Numbered from the stretch's first letter, positions 18,530-28,766 are shown. The stretch: 64,000 bases of DNA from an uncultured Anaerolineales bacterium (GCA_964480865.1 CAYZRP010000001.1:22096-86095); one strand, 5' to 3'. Made by a program: numbers and translations. Notes: generated by a model not told the origin, from the letters alone.

Positions 18530-19174
18530 ATGAGAGCACGCATGAAGCTTGGGCCGGGCGAGCCCGAAGTCGCTGCCTGGAACGTGATCGGGATAACCGA
18601 GCTGATCGCGCGGGTCTTGCCGAGTTCGTCGGATAACGTCGCGCGCGTTCTGGCGGTCGATGGCCGCAGCGGTGGCGGCAAATCCACGTTGGCGCGACGC
18701 ATCGGTCAGGCGATCCCGCGCTCGGTGGTGGTGCATACGGACGACGTCGCCTGGCATCATTCGTTCTTCGATTGGCAGGAACTGATGATCGACGGGATCT
18801 TGAAGCCCATCGCGAGCGGGCAGGGGGTGGCCTACCGGCCGTCGGCCTGGGAGTCGCGCGGTCGACCGGGCGCGATCGAAGTGCAGGCCGATGCGCCCGT
18901 CGTGATTGTCGAAGGCGTCGGTGCGAGCCGGATAGAGTTCACTCCGTGGCTGACCGAGTCGATCTGGATCCAGTCGGATCTGGTGGAAGCTGAACGCCGC
19001 GGTCTGGAACGCGACGGAGGCACGGCTGAGGCGAAGCGCTTCTGGGATGAGTGGATGGCCGCCGAGTTCGAGTTCCTCAAGAGGCAGAAGCCCTGGCGCC
19101 GCGCCCGCGTCATCGTCAACGGAACACCGACGCAGCCGCATGACAGCGAGCGTGAGGTCGTCGTGGCCGCCTGA
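18530..19174 (+). CDS. P-loop NTPase (uridine-kinase-like / AAA-family ATPase)
   Basis: Walker A AVDGRSGGGKSTLARRIG and a Walker-B-like PVVIVEGVGASR. The start is uncertain (ATG at 18530 or 18542). The ORF upstream to 18407 lacks protein-like character. Confidence 0.65.
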   Translation: MRARMKLGPGEPEVAAWNVIGITELIARVLPSSSDNVARVLAVDGRSGGGKSTLARRIGQAIPRSVVVHTDDVAWHHSFFDWQELMIDGILKPIASGQGVAYRPSAWESRGRPGAIEVQADAPVVIVEGVGASRIEFTPWLTESIWIQSDLVEAERRGLERDGGTAEAKRFWDEWMAAEFEFLKRQKPWRRARVIVNGTPTQPHDSEREVVVAA

Positions 19175-20001
19175 GAGTGGGTCAAAGCCGATTCCGGCCA
19201 TTGCGCCGATATCGTGTCAGCAACAGGTGATGGCCCAGGACGTCGTTCAGTTCGAGCGCGACAAAACTGTCGACGCGGAGGCGATCAAAGCCCCACGCAA
19301 AGCGCCTTGATTGCGGCGCGCTGTTTAGCGGTGTCGGCGGCATCAAGGCTGTTTATCTCGACTGAACCACGCGAAGCACGCGCATGCTTCTCTCGCGATC
19401 GGTGACGCACCGGTCTGCCGCTCTTGAGGCACGAGTGTCTGACTTGTCCGTCGCCGGTCCGGGGTGCCGACCCCTCGCAACCCTGTCGCAAGCGACAAAG
19501 GGCCGCGTCAGCGGAGCGTCGTATCAGGAGGCGGGTCGATAGGTTCATCGCGCCAGGTCGATGGTCAGGCAGACCTCATCATGACAACAAAAGCTCACAA
19601 CGAGATAGGACCTGTGTTGACGCAGGGCGTGTTCCTGGCCAACAACGTCGTGTCGTTGGTGTACATCGTTGCGCATCAAGGCCGATCTCCGCTGTCCGGT
19701 TACACACCAGATTGGTAGGGCGCTGGCTGCACCCGATGGGCGAGTCCCTTCAAGCCTATAGGGCGCGCGCGGCCCGGGAACTCTTTCCGATCGACGGCAT
19801 GCTCCTCTCTGACGGCATGTGGCGGGTTGATGAACGGCAGCCTGATTGGCGGCCGACTTTCGCGTTTGCCGTTCATCAGGGCGATGCCTGACGGGTTGGT
19901 GGTGCCAACCCGAACACGGACAAGGGTCACGCCGGCCACAACTTGACCCGACTTCAACGCGCGGATCAGAGACAACCAGCCGCCAGGGCCTTATTCGCAG
20001 G

Positions 20002-21126
20002 TCACTTGCCCGCCGCGACACGCGAGGCAATCCAATCGACGGTGCCTGTCGAATGTAGTGGGAGCAGCAAGGTCAGTTGCTTTCCGTCGGGTCGCATCAC
20101 GTACAGGCCGGTGGTGCTGATGAACGCCACCCACTGTCCGTCAATGGATTGAGCAGCGAATAGCCCTGTCAGGCCGAGATCGGTCACGGGCTGAGCTCGA
20201 TCGGGCTTGTCCAACGCGATGGTCCACCAGGTGGAGGGAACGTTATGGGCTTCAGGCCTGACAGGCGGGACGAGGGCCGGGAGCATACGGGCCGGGCCAC
20301 GATGCGCCCCTGCGGCAGTCGCCGGCGCGCTGAAGAGCATCTGGTTCGGCGCAGCATCGCCGGTCGAAAGAAGCAGCGGCGCATCCACCACGGCGAAGCC
20401 GTCGCCGCCTGACAGGTGTGTTGCCGGTGCGGTTCTGTCTGGCTGATAGTAAAGCCCGGTGTCCCGCGTCGCGTCCGGCGAGACTCCGACGAAGGCAAGT
20501 GCATCGCCGGTGAGCCGCGGCCAGTAGCCGTCAGGCACTCGAACGACCGTTGCGCCGGTAGCTACGTCGAGTTGCTCGATCTGGTATCCATAGACGGGTA
20601 GCGCTCCCTCGGTGCTGATCGAACGAACCAGCCGGCTATAGATCACGGCGCGGCCATCCTCACTCCAATCGGGCGCAAACAGAGACTCCTGGGGGGATTG
20701 CCGCTGAAGCAGCGGGCGCAAGGGTTCACCGGCGACCGTGGTGAGCCAGAGCTCGGTGTAGCCGAACTGCACGTTGCCCGGCTCCGGGCGCGGCGCCAGG
20801 GCCACAACCACGTCGCGGCCGTTTGGGGCAACGGCGGCTGCGTTGACCCATTCCTGCCCGGAATCGGTCGGCGTGTAAATCGTGGCGATGTCCCCGGTCG
20901 TCAGGTCCAGGGCCCACACGCCGGCGTCGAACTGAGCAACGACCAGACTTCCCGAGAGGCCCAGCCCCGCCCACGGGACTTCCGCCACTGGATATGCTTC
21001 CGCCTGAGTGGGCTGAGTGGTTGGCGTCGCAACGAGGACCGGCGCCTCACAGGCCGTCAGCCCCGCAGCCACCGCCGCCAATCCAACAAGCCATCGCATG
21101 GCGTCAGTATAATGTCGTCGTGTCAT
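20002..21126 (-). CDS. Exported lipoprotein, probable beta-propeller (PD40/WD40-like) fold
   Basis: Start at 21126 gives MTRRHYTDAMRWLVGLAAVAAGLTAC (lipobox). The remainder is beta-rich with repeated D/G-x-Y/W-V-A/F motifs. The longer N-terminal extension to 21402 is rejected. Confidence 0.55.
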   Translation of the reverse strand: MTRRHYTDAMRWLVGLAAVAAGLTACEAPVLVATPTTQPTQAEAYPVAEVPWAGLGLSGSLVVAQFDAGVWALDLTTGDIATIYTPTDSGQEWVNAAAVAPNGRDVVVALAPRPEPGNVQFGYTELWLTTVAGEPLRPLLQRQSPQESLFAPDWSEDGRAVIYSRLVRSISTEGALPVYGYQIEQLDVATGATVVRVPDGYWPRLTGDALAFVGVSPDATRDTGLYYQPDRTAPATHLSGGDGFAVVDAPLLLSTGDAAPNQMLFSAPATAAGAHRGPARMLPALVPPVRPEAHNVPSTWWTIALDKPDRAQPVTDLGLTGLFAAQSIDGQWVAFISTTGLYVMRPDGKQLTLLLPLHSTGTVDWIASRVAAGK

Positions 21127-21383
21127 TTGGCTCTCATTGTCTCGGGCCCAAGATCCCTTGCTCTTCGATCGACGCGCAGGCACTGGCTCAGAGTGCCACA
21201 GTGTGCGTGACGCAGACCGCCTTCTATCGGGCCGATCGACGTCGGTCAGCCAGACCCATGCGATCGTCAACAGATTGCACGCACACAACCTATGCCCCAG
21301 ACCATACCTGAAGGATTGGATCGGCGGCGACCTCGGCAGAGAATGGCTGGCCGTCGCCAACCGGCGGAGTGCGTGAGACGCGG

Positions 21384-23552
21384 ATGCCACGCGTGACTCC
21401 ACAACAGTCTACGGGTCGTCACTTCCCCCGCCGCGCGTGGCTTTTGCTGCTGGCGCTGATCGCGGTTGTGGTGTGGCAACTCGCCTCGCAGGCGGGGGCT
21501 TCATCAACATGGCTCGATGCCTATCCGTCGCCAGGCAGCACGCTGCCTCAGCCACCGGCTCAGGTGATTCTGGCCTTCGATGATCCGCTCGACCGGACGC
21601 TCAGTCGCATTGACGTCTCCGACAGCCAGGGCCAGCGACGGGATGCCGCCGATTATGGCCTCGATCCCCTCGACCCGGCCCGACTGACGGTCTCCTTGCG
21701 CGCCCTACCAGCCGGGGACTACACAGTGACCTGGCGGGCCATCTCAGCCCTGAGTGGTGCCGTCAACGCTGGATCGTATCGCTTTCGTGTGGGCGGCAGC
21801 CTCGCCGCGTCGAACGACCCACTGGAAGATAAGCCGGTCTTCACAACCAATCTGCGTCCACTCGTCGACTTCGGACGGCTGTTGAGCCTGCTGGGCGCCG
21901 TCGTCGTGTTCGGCGGCACTGTCGCGGCATGGTGGACCTTGCGCGGTGACGCGATGCTGCGCTGGACCGCCCAACTCGATCGAGCATTCGTGCTCCTGGT
22001 CGTCGGCCAGATCCTGGTGGGCTTCGCATTGGCGATGGCCTCACTCGGCTGCGTCGCGTCAGCTGAATGCGTGATCAGGATCGACACGTGGCTGATGGAC
22101 ACTCCCGCCGGTTTGTTGTGGATGGCGCAGACCGTGCTCGCGCTGGCCTTTCTGGTGGCGGCTCGTTCCCAGGAAAGTCACAGCATCGGCGCCCTTCGCC
22201 TCGGCTTGAGCGCTGCCCTGGCGGCTGTAATGTTTAGTTGGGGCGCTCCCGACGGCGTTGACGTCACCCTCCGAATAGTGCATGGCTGGGCCATGTCGAT
22301 CGGCCTCGGACTCCTGATCCTGTGCGTCGCGCGTCCGGCTCGATCGCCGCAAACCGCTGACAGCGCGGTCACGGATCTGGCTCGACCGCTCAGCCTCGGC
22401 GCCCTGGCCGCACTGGCTTTGACCGGCGGAGGGCTCCTTTGGCGGGCCATCGGGGCTTCTTCCGCAGGATGGGTATCGAGCAACGCCACGCTCCTGATCC
22501 TCGAGCTATGTGTTGTGGTCGGGGCAGGCGTGCTCGCGGTGATTCGACGACGCTCTGTCGAGGATGGCACCGTCACGCGCTGGATCGGGTGGCTGGGCAT
22601 CGTTGCCGTAGGCCTGGGGTTCCTCACCACATGGAGCCTCGGATCGGGCTTTCAAGCCGGCGTCGGGCATCCAGCGCAGCGCGTCGCGCTTGAGTCTCCA
22701 ACCGGGGCCCAGGGTGCCGAATTCGAGGCCGTCGCCTCGTTGCATCCCGCGCGAGCCGGTGCCAATACCTTCCAATTGCGCTTGCTGTCTCCGCTAAATG
22801 CCGCGCCGGACACGTTGACGATGACGCTCGTGGCGCACACTGCCGCCAACACAACATCACAGCGGGTGACCTTAGTCAAGGTGGCCCCGGATCGCTATGA
22901 GCTTCGCCTCAATCTCGTCGCCGGCGATTATCAGTTGCGGGCGACCTCGTTGGCGAATGATGCTGCGATGGCAGGCACCGGCATGTTGACGGTGGATCCG
23001 ATCCGCGTGGCAGCTTTCTCGGGTCCAGTGGCCAGCACGTTGAGTCCCTGGCTCATACTGGTCCTGATCCCGCTCGTCGGGTTCGCCGTACCCTTGAGCG
23101 TCGATCGACTGGCACCCGCACACCGGATCTACAAAGTCGTCGGGCGTGTGCTGGGCCTGGCCTGCGCGGTGAGTCTCTGCATATGGCTCTGGCAGTGGCA
23201 GAACCGACCCCGACCGATTCGGGCGGCCGAACTGGAGAACCCGCTGCCGTACAGTGAGGCTACTGTCGCAGCCGGCCGCGATGTCTACGCGGTGACTTGT
23301 CTGGAGTGCCACGGACCGGATGGGGCGGGTGATGGTCCACTCGCGCGTACGTTGAACCAGCCGCCGATCGATCTCCGCATTCACGCTCAGCCCGGGGTGC
23401 ACAGCGATGGCACGCTGTTCCTGTGGATCACACAGGGGATCCCGGGGACGCCGATGCCGGCGTTCGCGACTGCGCTGAGCGAGAACCAGCGTTGGCAACT
23501 GGTCCATTACCTGCGCCACCTGGCGAGAGCAGGCTCGATGCAACAGCCTTGA
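21384..23552 (+). CDS. CopC-like domain / CopD-like polytopic membrane domain / C-terminal c-type cytochrome fusion protein
   Basis: The N-terminal exported domain WLDAYPSPGSTLPQPPAQVILAFDDPLDRTLSRIDVSDSQG is CopC-like. About 10 TM helices follow. The C-terminus carries CLECHGPDGAG...GTPMPAF (CxxCH plus a Met ligand). Confidence 0.7.
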   Translation: MPRVTPQQSTGRHFPRRAWLLLLALIAVVVWQLASQAGASSTWLDAYPSPGSTLPQPPAQVILAFDDPLDRTLSRIDVSDSQGQRRDAADYGLDPLDPARLTVSLRALPAGDYTVTWRAISALSGAVNAGSYRFRVGGSLAASNDPLEDKPVFTTNLRPLVDFGRLLSLLGAVVVFGGTVAAWWTLRGDAMLRWTAQLDRAFVLLVVGQILVGFALAMASLGCVASAECVIRIDTWLMDTPAGLLWMAQTVLALAFLVAARSQESHSIGALRLGLSAALAAVMFSWGAPDGVDVTLRIVHGWAMSIGLGLLILCVARPARSPQTADSAVTDLARPLSLGALAALALTGGGLLWRAIGASSAGWVSSNATLLILELCVVVGAGVLAVIRRRSVEDGTVTRWIGWLGIVAVGLGFLTTWSLGSGFQAGVGHPAQRVALESPTGAQGAEFEAVASLHPARAGANTFQLRLLSPLNAAPDTLTMTLVAHTAANTTSQRVTLVKVAPDRYELRLNLVAGDYQLRATSLANDAAMAGTGMLTVDPIRVAAFSGPVASTLSPWLILVLIPLVGFAVPLSVDRLAPAHRIYKVVGRVLGLACAVSLCIWLWQWQNRPRPIRAAELENPLPYSEATVAAGRDVYAVTCLECHGPDGAGDGPLARTLNQPPIDLRIHAQPGVHSDGTLFLWITQGIPGTPMPAFATALSENQRWQLVHYLRHLARAGSMQQP

Positions 23553-23713
23553 ATGGTGATCGCGGGCGAGTCGAAGTCCCATCTGGGGCTCACTGGTGAA
23601 ATATCGCTCTAGATTGCCTTCACGTGCACGCACCTTTTCAAAGATGACTGGGATCAGACCGGACACTCGAGATCGCTCTGGAAACAGGGCTATGTCACAG
23701 TCAAGGGGAATCG

Positions 23714-24265
23714 ATGAGCACTCAGATCATGGCGGAACTCGCTAACCGTTATCGTCAGAATCAGGAGAGCCTGTTCGATCTCGTTGGTGATTTGACTGAC
23801 GCCCAGATCGCGTGGACACCAAATGCCACCACGCCGTCTGTGGGCTTTCATGTCTGGCACATGGCACGATGGGCGGACTATCTACAAGAACTATTCAACG
23901 GATCCGGAAGCCAGATTTGGGAAGTTGAGGGACTCGCGGCCCGATGGAATCTGGTTTCGCACAGTCTGGGGTATGCCCAGACGGGTATGGAGATGGATCA
24001 GGCGAGTGCCATGGCTCTTCGGCTGCCAGTGAAAGAAACCCTCCTCGACTATGTAGGTCGCACCTTCACAGCCGCTCAGCAGGCTGTAGCCACGCTCCGA
24101 GATGAAGATTTCTTCGCCGTCTATGAGTTTTACCACGGCGAGAACTGGCATGATGGCTGTATCGGACCCATCGTTGTGACGTGGATGACTCACGATAATC
24201 GGCATCTGGGGATGATTGAGTGTCTGATTGGCCTTCAAGGAAAGGCGGGTAGCGCGGACGCGTAA
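23714..24265 (+). CDS. DinB-superfamily protein
   Basis: 183 aa. LVGDLTDAQIAWTPNATTPSVGFHVWHMARWADYL and the C-terminal HDNRHLGMIE match the DinB_2 four-helix-bundle metal-binding His pattern. Confidence 0.75.
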   Translation: MSTQIMAELANRYRQNQESLFDLVGDLTDAQIAWTPNATTPSVGFHVWHMARWADYLQELFNGSGSQIWEVEGLAARWNLVSHSLGYAQTGMEMDQASAMALRLPVKETLLDYVGRTFTAAQQAVATLRDEDFFAVYEFYHGENWHDGCIGPIVVTWMTHDNRHLGMIECLIGLQGKAGSADA

Positions 24266-25006
24266 CCTCAGTGGCTTTGTGAGCAACAGCCCCCGGATTC
24301 TCCGCCATCGATGAACGATTCGCGTCGGGACCTCGACCAACCCGGCAAGGTCACGGTCAAACGATCAGGTCCGGACCGAGGCAACGCCTGTGACGTGGCA
24401 GGAATAGGCAGGGCGCTGCTCACACATGTGTACCTGGTCTTCTTCGGAAGGCTCGTGCCGTATTCCGAGGGTCATCGGGGCCGAATCCCAGGAGGGCTCC
24501 TCCTGTAACCTGGTCAGTCACGGCTTCCGGTGCCGGTCTGTCGTCGTCTCGGACACTCACCACAAGCCGCTGGCGTGCGATCTCCTTGAAGACGCCGGGA
24601 TCGCCGCTTCTTCTCGAAGAGCCTCACGTCGGTGGAACACGGACGTCGTGAGCCCTGTCCGTCCGCCTACCAGCATGCGCTGTCGATCACGGGCGGCCGG
24701 GCCGACACCGGATTGTTCGTGAGGGATTCGTATGAGCACGATTACGCAGGCCCACGCGCGGTGGGGCTGCACGACCCGCTAATCGATCGAGCCGGCACAC
24801 GACTCATACCGGACGACATCGGCTCAAGGACATTCTCGACTTGCGCGAACGCATCGAGCTCTGATCCGCAACCCCTGGACGTTCAAGCAGGCCTCGCCCG
24901 AGAACGGCCGACCCGCCCGGCCGCCGATTCGACTCTTCGTCTGACCAACCTTCGCCAACCACCTGATGCCTTAGGCTCCTCTACACTGGATCAGAAGGAA
25001 AAGGCC

Positions 25007-25660
25007 ATGCCGGGTCCCCGTCATGGACCTGGTTGGACGATGCCGAAACAGAGGAGCGCGCGGGTCATCATGAAGCAACAGAGCGGTAATCGGTTCGAAC
25101 GGTGGCTCGGCGCTGATGTTGACGGTGGAGTTTCACTGCGGGAGGAGCGGACAGGGCGCTGGATCTATGCCGGAGTCCTGGGCCTGCTGATGCTCAGCCT
25201 CGTCTGGGGTCCCGCCCATCCGATCTCCTCACGCTTTGCACTGGTGTGGTACCTGGGGCTCAGCGTCATGCTCGTGCCATTGAGCTGGATCCTTGCGCAC
25301 GTGGTGGACGACCGCCGGTCGCTGGCGAGCTGGAGTGCATCCATCGGGGCGCTCCTCGCTGGAGTTGTGATCCTGGTTGGCCTGGGGCAGGTCAGGATGG
25401 GCGACGCGTTCGGGGTGACGGGACCGTTGGGTCTCTGGCTCGTCAGCGTGGTGTTGTTTGGCCTGGCCCAGGTCCTGGTCGTCCGGCAGTGGCAGGCCTT
25501 CGGCGCTCACGTGCGCGATCTCCTGGCAACGCCCTTTGGGGCGCGCGAGCCGGCACCCGTCACCCACGTGATGGTCAACGTGACGACACCCCATCCGCCG
25601 ACCGCCGGCCGGCGCCAGCCCAGTCATGACGAGGTACCGGAGAGGCGAGACGTCGCCTGA
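25007..25660 (+). CDS. Membrane protein, function unknown (start uncertain)
   Basis: ATG at 25007 follows gaaggaaaagg. Five hydrophobic segments (WIYAGVLGLLMLSLVW, FALVWYLGLSVMLVPLSWILA, IGALLAGVVILVGLG, LGLWLVSVVLFGLAQVLVV). The upstream part of the listed ORF is not protein-like. Confidence 0.45.
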   Translation: MPGPRHGPGWTMPKQRSARVIMKQQSGNRFERWLGADVDGGVSLREERTGRWIYAGVLGLLMLSLVWGPAHPISSRFALVWYLGLSVMLVPLSWILAHVVDDRRSLASWSASIGALLAGVVILVGLGQVRMGDAFGVTGPLGLWLVSVVLFGLAQVLVVRQWQAFGAHVRDLLATPFGAREPAPVTHVMVNVTTPHPPTAGRRQPSHDEVPERRDVA

Positions 25661-25977
25661 CCTGATCAGACATGCCCCGGAAGGACGACCAGAGACCCTC
25701 CCTATCGTCCGAGCGGGCCTGATGGGTAAGGCTACGAACCAAGTTCCCTTTGAGGGACTCTCCGACCGATACCGGTGCTCACACGCGCTCTGGTCTGCGT
25801 GACCTCAACCTGACCTTGTCAGATAGCCCGTTTCGCACGTGCGACAATTCCTGTCTGGCATTCGCGCGGAGCGTCGAAACGCGAAGCCGGCCAAGAGCGT
25901 CGACCACTCCTTCAGCAGGCGGTGCCTCCTGGCTGCCGTCGAATCTCAGCTTGCGCCGTCCGGGAACCTGCCTGACC

Positions 25978-26526
25978 ATGGCCTCCACGATGATCCTTCA
26001 AACTGACAGGCTTGTCCTCCGTCGTCAGGTCATTGAAGATCTGGACGACCTGTGGTCGCTGTATGGCGATCCTGACATCACCCGGTTCATACCGGATGCG
26101 CCACGTTCACGCGAGGAAGCGCGCGAGGAGCTCGAGTGGCACATGCACGGGCATCCACGGAATCCACAGCTCGGGTTATGGGCGACGATTCACAAGCCGT
26201 CGGGGGCCTTCATCGGGCGCTGCGGGTTGCTTCCCTGGGCGATTGAGGGCCAGCCTGAAGTGGAAGTAGCCTACACCATCGCTCGAGCCTATTGGGGACA
26301 GGGCCTGGCGACGGAGGCGGCGCACGCCATTCTTCGCCATGGATTTGACAGCTTGAGGCTGACACGCCTCATCTGTCTGATCGACCCCGACAACATTGCC
26401 TCGCAGAGAGTCGCCGAGAAAATCGGCATGCACTTTGAGAAACGGGTGGCTGAATACGAAGGCGACGGCACGCCTTTCTTCGTCTATTCCGCCATGAGCC
26501 CTTCGACACGCACAGGCGCTCGATGA
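25978..26526 (+). CDS. GNAT-family N-acetyltransferase (RimJ/RimL-like)
   Basis: ILQTDRLVLRRQVIEDLDDLWSLYGDPDITRF...VEVAYTIARAYWGQGLATEAAHAILRHGFDSLRLTRLICLIDPDNIASQRVAEKIGM is the classic RimJ-type pattern. Confidence 0.8.
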   Translation: MASTMILQTDRLVLRRQVIEDLDDLWSLYGDPDITRFIPDAPRSREEAREELEWHMHGHPRNPQLGLWATIHKPSGAFIGRCGLLPWAIEGQPEVEVAYTIARAYWGQGLATEAAHAILRHGFDSLRLTRLICLIDPDNIASQRVAEKIGMHFEKRVAEYEGDGTPFFVYSAMSPSTRTGAR

Positions 26527-26696
26527 GCCACACCCCACGATCCAGTTGCGTTCTTCAAGGCGAGCCGACTGACGCAAGGTAGCATGCCGTGCAGCGGGGG
26601 CGCCGATGAGCTTCGACGTTACGCGGTATGCTCAGCTTCCCTCGGGTTGCCCAGAACCACCCGGTTTATCGCAGGAGCGCGAACGCCGACCTCTAC

Positions 26697-28766
26697 CTAC
26701 CGGACAGACACGTGCGAAAACGCGCAGTGACCGCCCGGGCCCACCGCGAGCCCGATCGCACCTGTGAGGTAAGCGTCATCCCGGTCCGTCCACTGCAGCT
26801 CGGCTTGATCATCGATGGACACGCGCACGGTCGGGCCGGAGACCTGTATGCGCAAGGAATACGAACGCCCATGGCTCCAGGCGAACGGCCTCTGAGCAAC
26901 CGCGTGATAGCCGCCGGCGTTCTTGAGGATGCCCAGTGTCCCGGCTGCAATGAGGCCCACGGCATATGAGCGGCGTGCCCCCTGGACCCGCACCAGGCCG
27001 ACATGCTGATCGCCCACCTGCGGTTGTAGGACGACCTGAAGCGTCAGGTCGCGCCAGTCGGGGTCGCCCAGATAGGTCTCACTCCAGCCCGGGCCGCTTC
27101 CATGGTAGGCGCCGTCGGCCAGCCGCCAGAAGCCGCGTAAGAACGTCCAACCGCTGATGGCGCCGTACTCGGGTCGTTCGCGCGAGAAGTCTGTCGAGAA
27201 CGACGGCGAGCCAGACCAATCCACGTGATCCAGAAGCAAAGGCCCGCTCCACGCTTCGCCGGTGTTGCGCAGCGTCAGGCCCACCTCGGTCAGCAGGACG
27301 TTGTCGAGCGTCGGGACCTGAAACGACACGGTCTGCCAGAGCCCGGGCGTCAGCCGCTCGCCAGCGACCGGATGGTCGCGGTCGGCAAACGCGTCGTGGA
27401 CGTACAGCGCGGCGTGAAGATCAGGCGGCGCGTTCAGCGGGACCCTGACCCGCGCCGTCACCGTTTGTCCGGGATAGATCTTGGGCGAGAAGCTTGCGCC
27501 GTAGTAATTGGCGCTCAACTCTTTCGGCCGATACAACGTTCGCACAGAGAGGCGGGCCTCGCCCTTTTTCTTCAAGTCGCGGATCGTGGCCTGCAGCGCC
27601 CCGCGGCCTACGGCGTCCTCGGCAGGCACACGGCGCACATCAAGGACCTCGGCCAGACGCGCCTGGGCCTTGAAGCCCTGCAGCGAGCCAGGGTAGTCGA
27701 AGTGATAGCGCGGCAGGGCGGGCGGCTCAGGCGCACCGACGATCCGGGCGCCGACGCGGGCCAGGGCATCGGCACAGGCCGGGATGCTCCAGAGGTTGCG
27801 GCTGCCGGCCAGGCTCGCCGCGACCAGCTCGTCGTTCATCGCCGCGCGCCAGTGAGACCCGATCCCGTCCAGGCCAACAGCCGTGCCCAAAATCGCGCCC
27901 ACGTTTCCAGCATTACAGTCGGTGTCCCAGCCGGCGTTTGTCGCGATCCGAATGCCGCGCGCGAAATCACCGCCGCTGTAGAGCAAGGCCAGCGCCACCA
28001 CGCCCGCGTTGGGGATGACGTGCACGACCCCGCCGTAGCGGTCATAGCCGAACCCGGCGGTCAGCATCGCATATGCCGAACGCCAGTCGTCCGGCGCTCC
28101 ACGATGGTGCGCAACCACAGCGTTGACGACGCGCGCATACGTGCTTGTGGCCGGGATCAGGGCGAGGCCGGCCTCGATCAGGGCGGCCGGATCAGGCGTG
28201 TCGAACGCGCGGCTGACCATGCCCGCGATGAAGCGCGCGCCCAATACGGCCTCACCATCGTGCGTCACGCGACTGGCGCGCTCGGCAAGGTCGGCCGCGA
28301 TCTCCGGACGCCCGGGAGCCACCAGGCCGAAGAGGTCGCTGAAGATCTGGCCGCCGATTTGCTCGGCGAGTGTCTGACCGTTGAGAGCCATCGATCCGCT
28401 CAGCGGCGCGCGGATGCCCGCGGCCAGGTTCGCGTAGGCGGTGTGCTCGGTCGAGACGCCATAGCCGCCCCACCAGAACGTGCCACGCCCATCGGCGATT
28501 TCGTTGAGCAGCGTCTCGCCGAATTGCTCGGACGTGACGGCCGCGCCATGTCGCTCGAGGGCACGCAGGAGCACCAGCGGCACCGAGGTGTCGTCGTCGG
28601 GCTTGAAGATCGTCCCAGGCGGCAGCGGCAGGAAATCCACGACCTCACCGAGGTTGGCCGCGATCTCGGCCGCCGTCCAGTTCTCCACCGGAGCACCGAG
28701 CCGCACGCCGATACACTTGCCGAGCCACCCGGCGTAGACACTGTCGCGATAGTTGAAGGAAAGCAT
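26697..28766 (-). CDS. ADP-ribosylglycohydrolase-family domain fused to a beta-sandwich and a LamG/ConA-like (DUF1080-like) C-terminal domain
   Basis: The N-terminal 330 aa or so carry PDDDTSVPLV and GWDTDCNAGNVGAILGTAVG (ARH dimetal motifs). The C-terminal 340 aa or so are beta-rich and end WTFLRGFWRLADGAYHG...YSLRIQVSGPTVRVSIDD...GAIGLAV, which is jelly-roll lectin-like. Confidence 0.8.
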   Translation of the reverse strand: MLSFNYRDSVYAGWLGKCIGVRLGAPVENWTAAEIAANLGEVVDFLPLPPGTIFKPDDDTSVPLVLLRALERHGAAVTSEQFGETLLNEIADGRGTFWWGGYGVSTEHTAYANLAAGIRAPLSGSMALNGQTLAEQIGGQIFSDLFGLVAPGRPEIAADLAERASRVTHDGEAVLGARFIAGMVSRAFDTPDPAALIEAGLALIPATSTYARVVNAVVAHHRGAPDDWRSAYAMLTAGFGYDRYGGVVHVIPNAGVVALALLYSGGDFARGIRIATNAGWDTDCNAGNVGAILGTAVGLDGIGSHWRAAMNDELVAASLAGSRNLWSIPACADALARVGARIVGAPEPPALPRYHFDYPGSLQGFKAQARLAEVLDVRRVPAEDAVGRGALQATIRDLKKKGEARLSVRTLYRPKELSANYYGASFSPKIYPGQTVTARVRVPLNAPPDLHAALYVHDAFADRDHPVAGERLTPGLWQTVSFQVPTLDNVLLTEVGLTLRNTGEAWSGPLLLDHVDWSGSPSFSTDFSRERPEYGAISGWTFLRGFWRLADGAYHGSGPGWSETYLGDPDWRDLTLQVVLQPQVGDQHVGLVRVQGARRSYAVGLIAAGTLGILKNAGGYHAVAQRPFAWSHGRSYSLRIQVSGPTVRVSIDDQAELQWTDRDDAYLTGAIGLAVGPGGHCAFSHVSVR

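Noticed and set aside
19700-19975. A 91-aa minus-strand ORF (MSLIRALKSGQVVAGVTLVRVRVGTTNPSGIALMNGK...) as a real gene.
   Set aside because: No RBS is evident and no family was recognised. The composition drifts to Pro/Arg-rich in the second half. It is kept only as part of the unexplained-gap finding.
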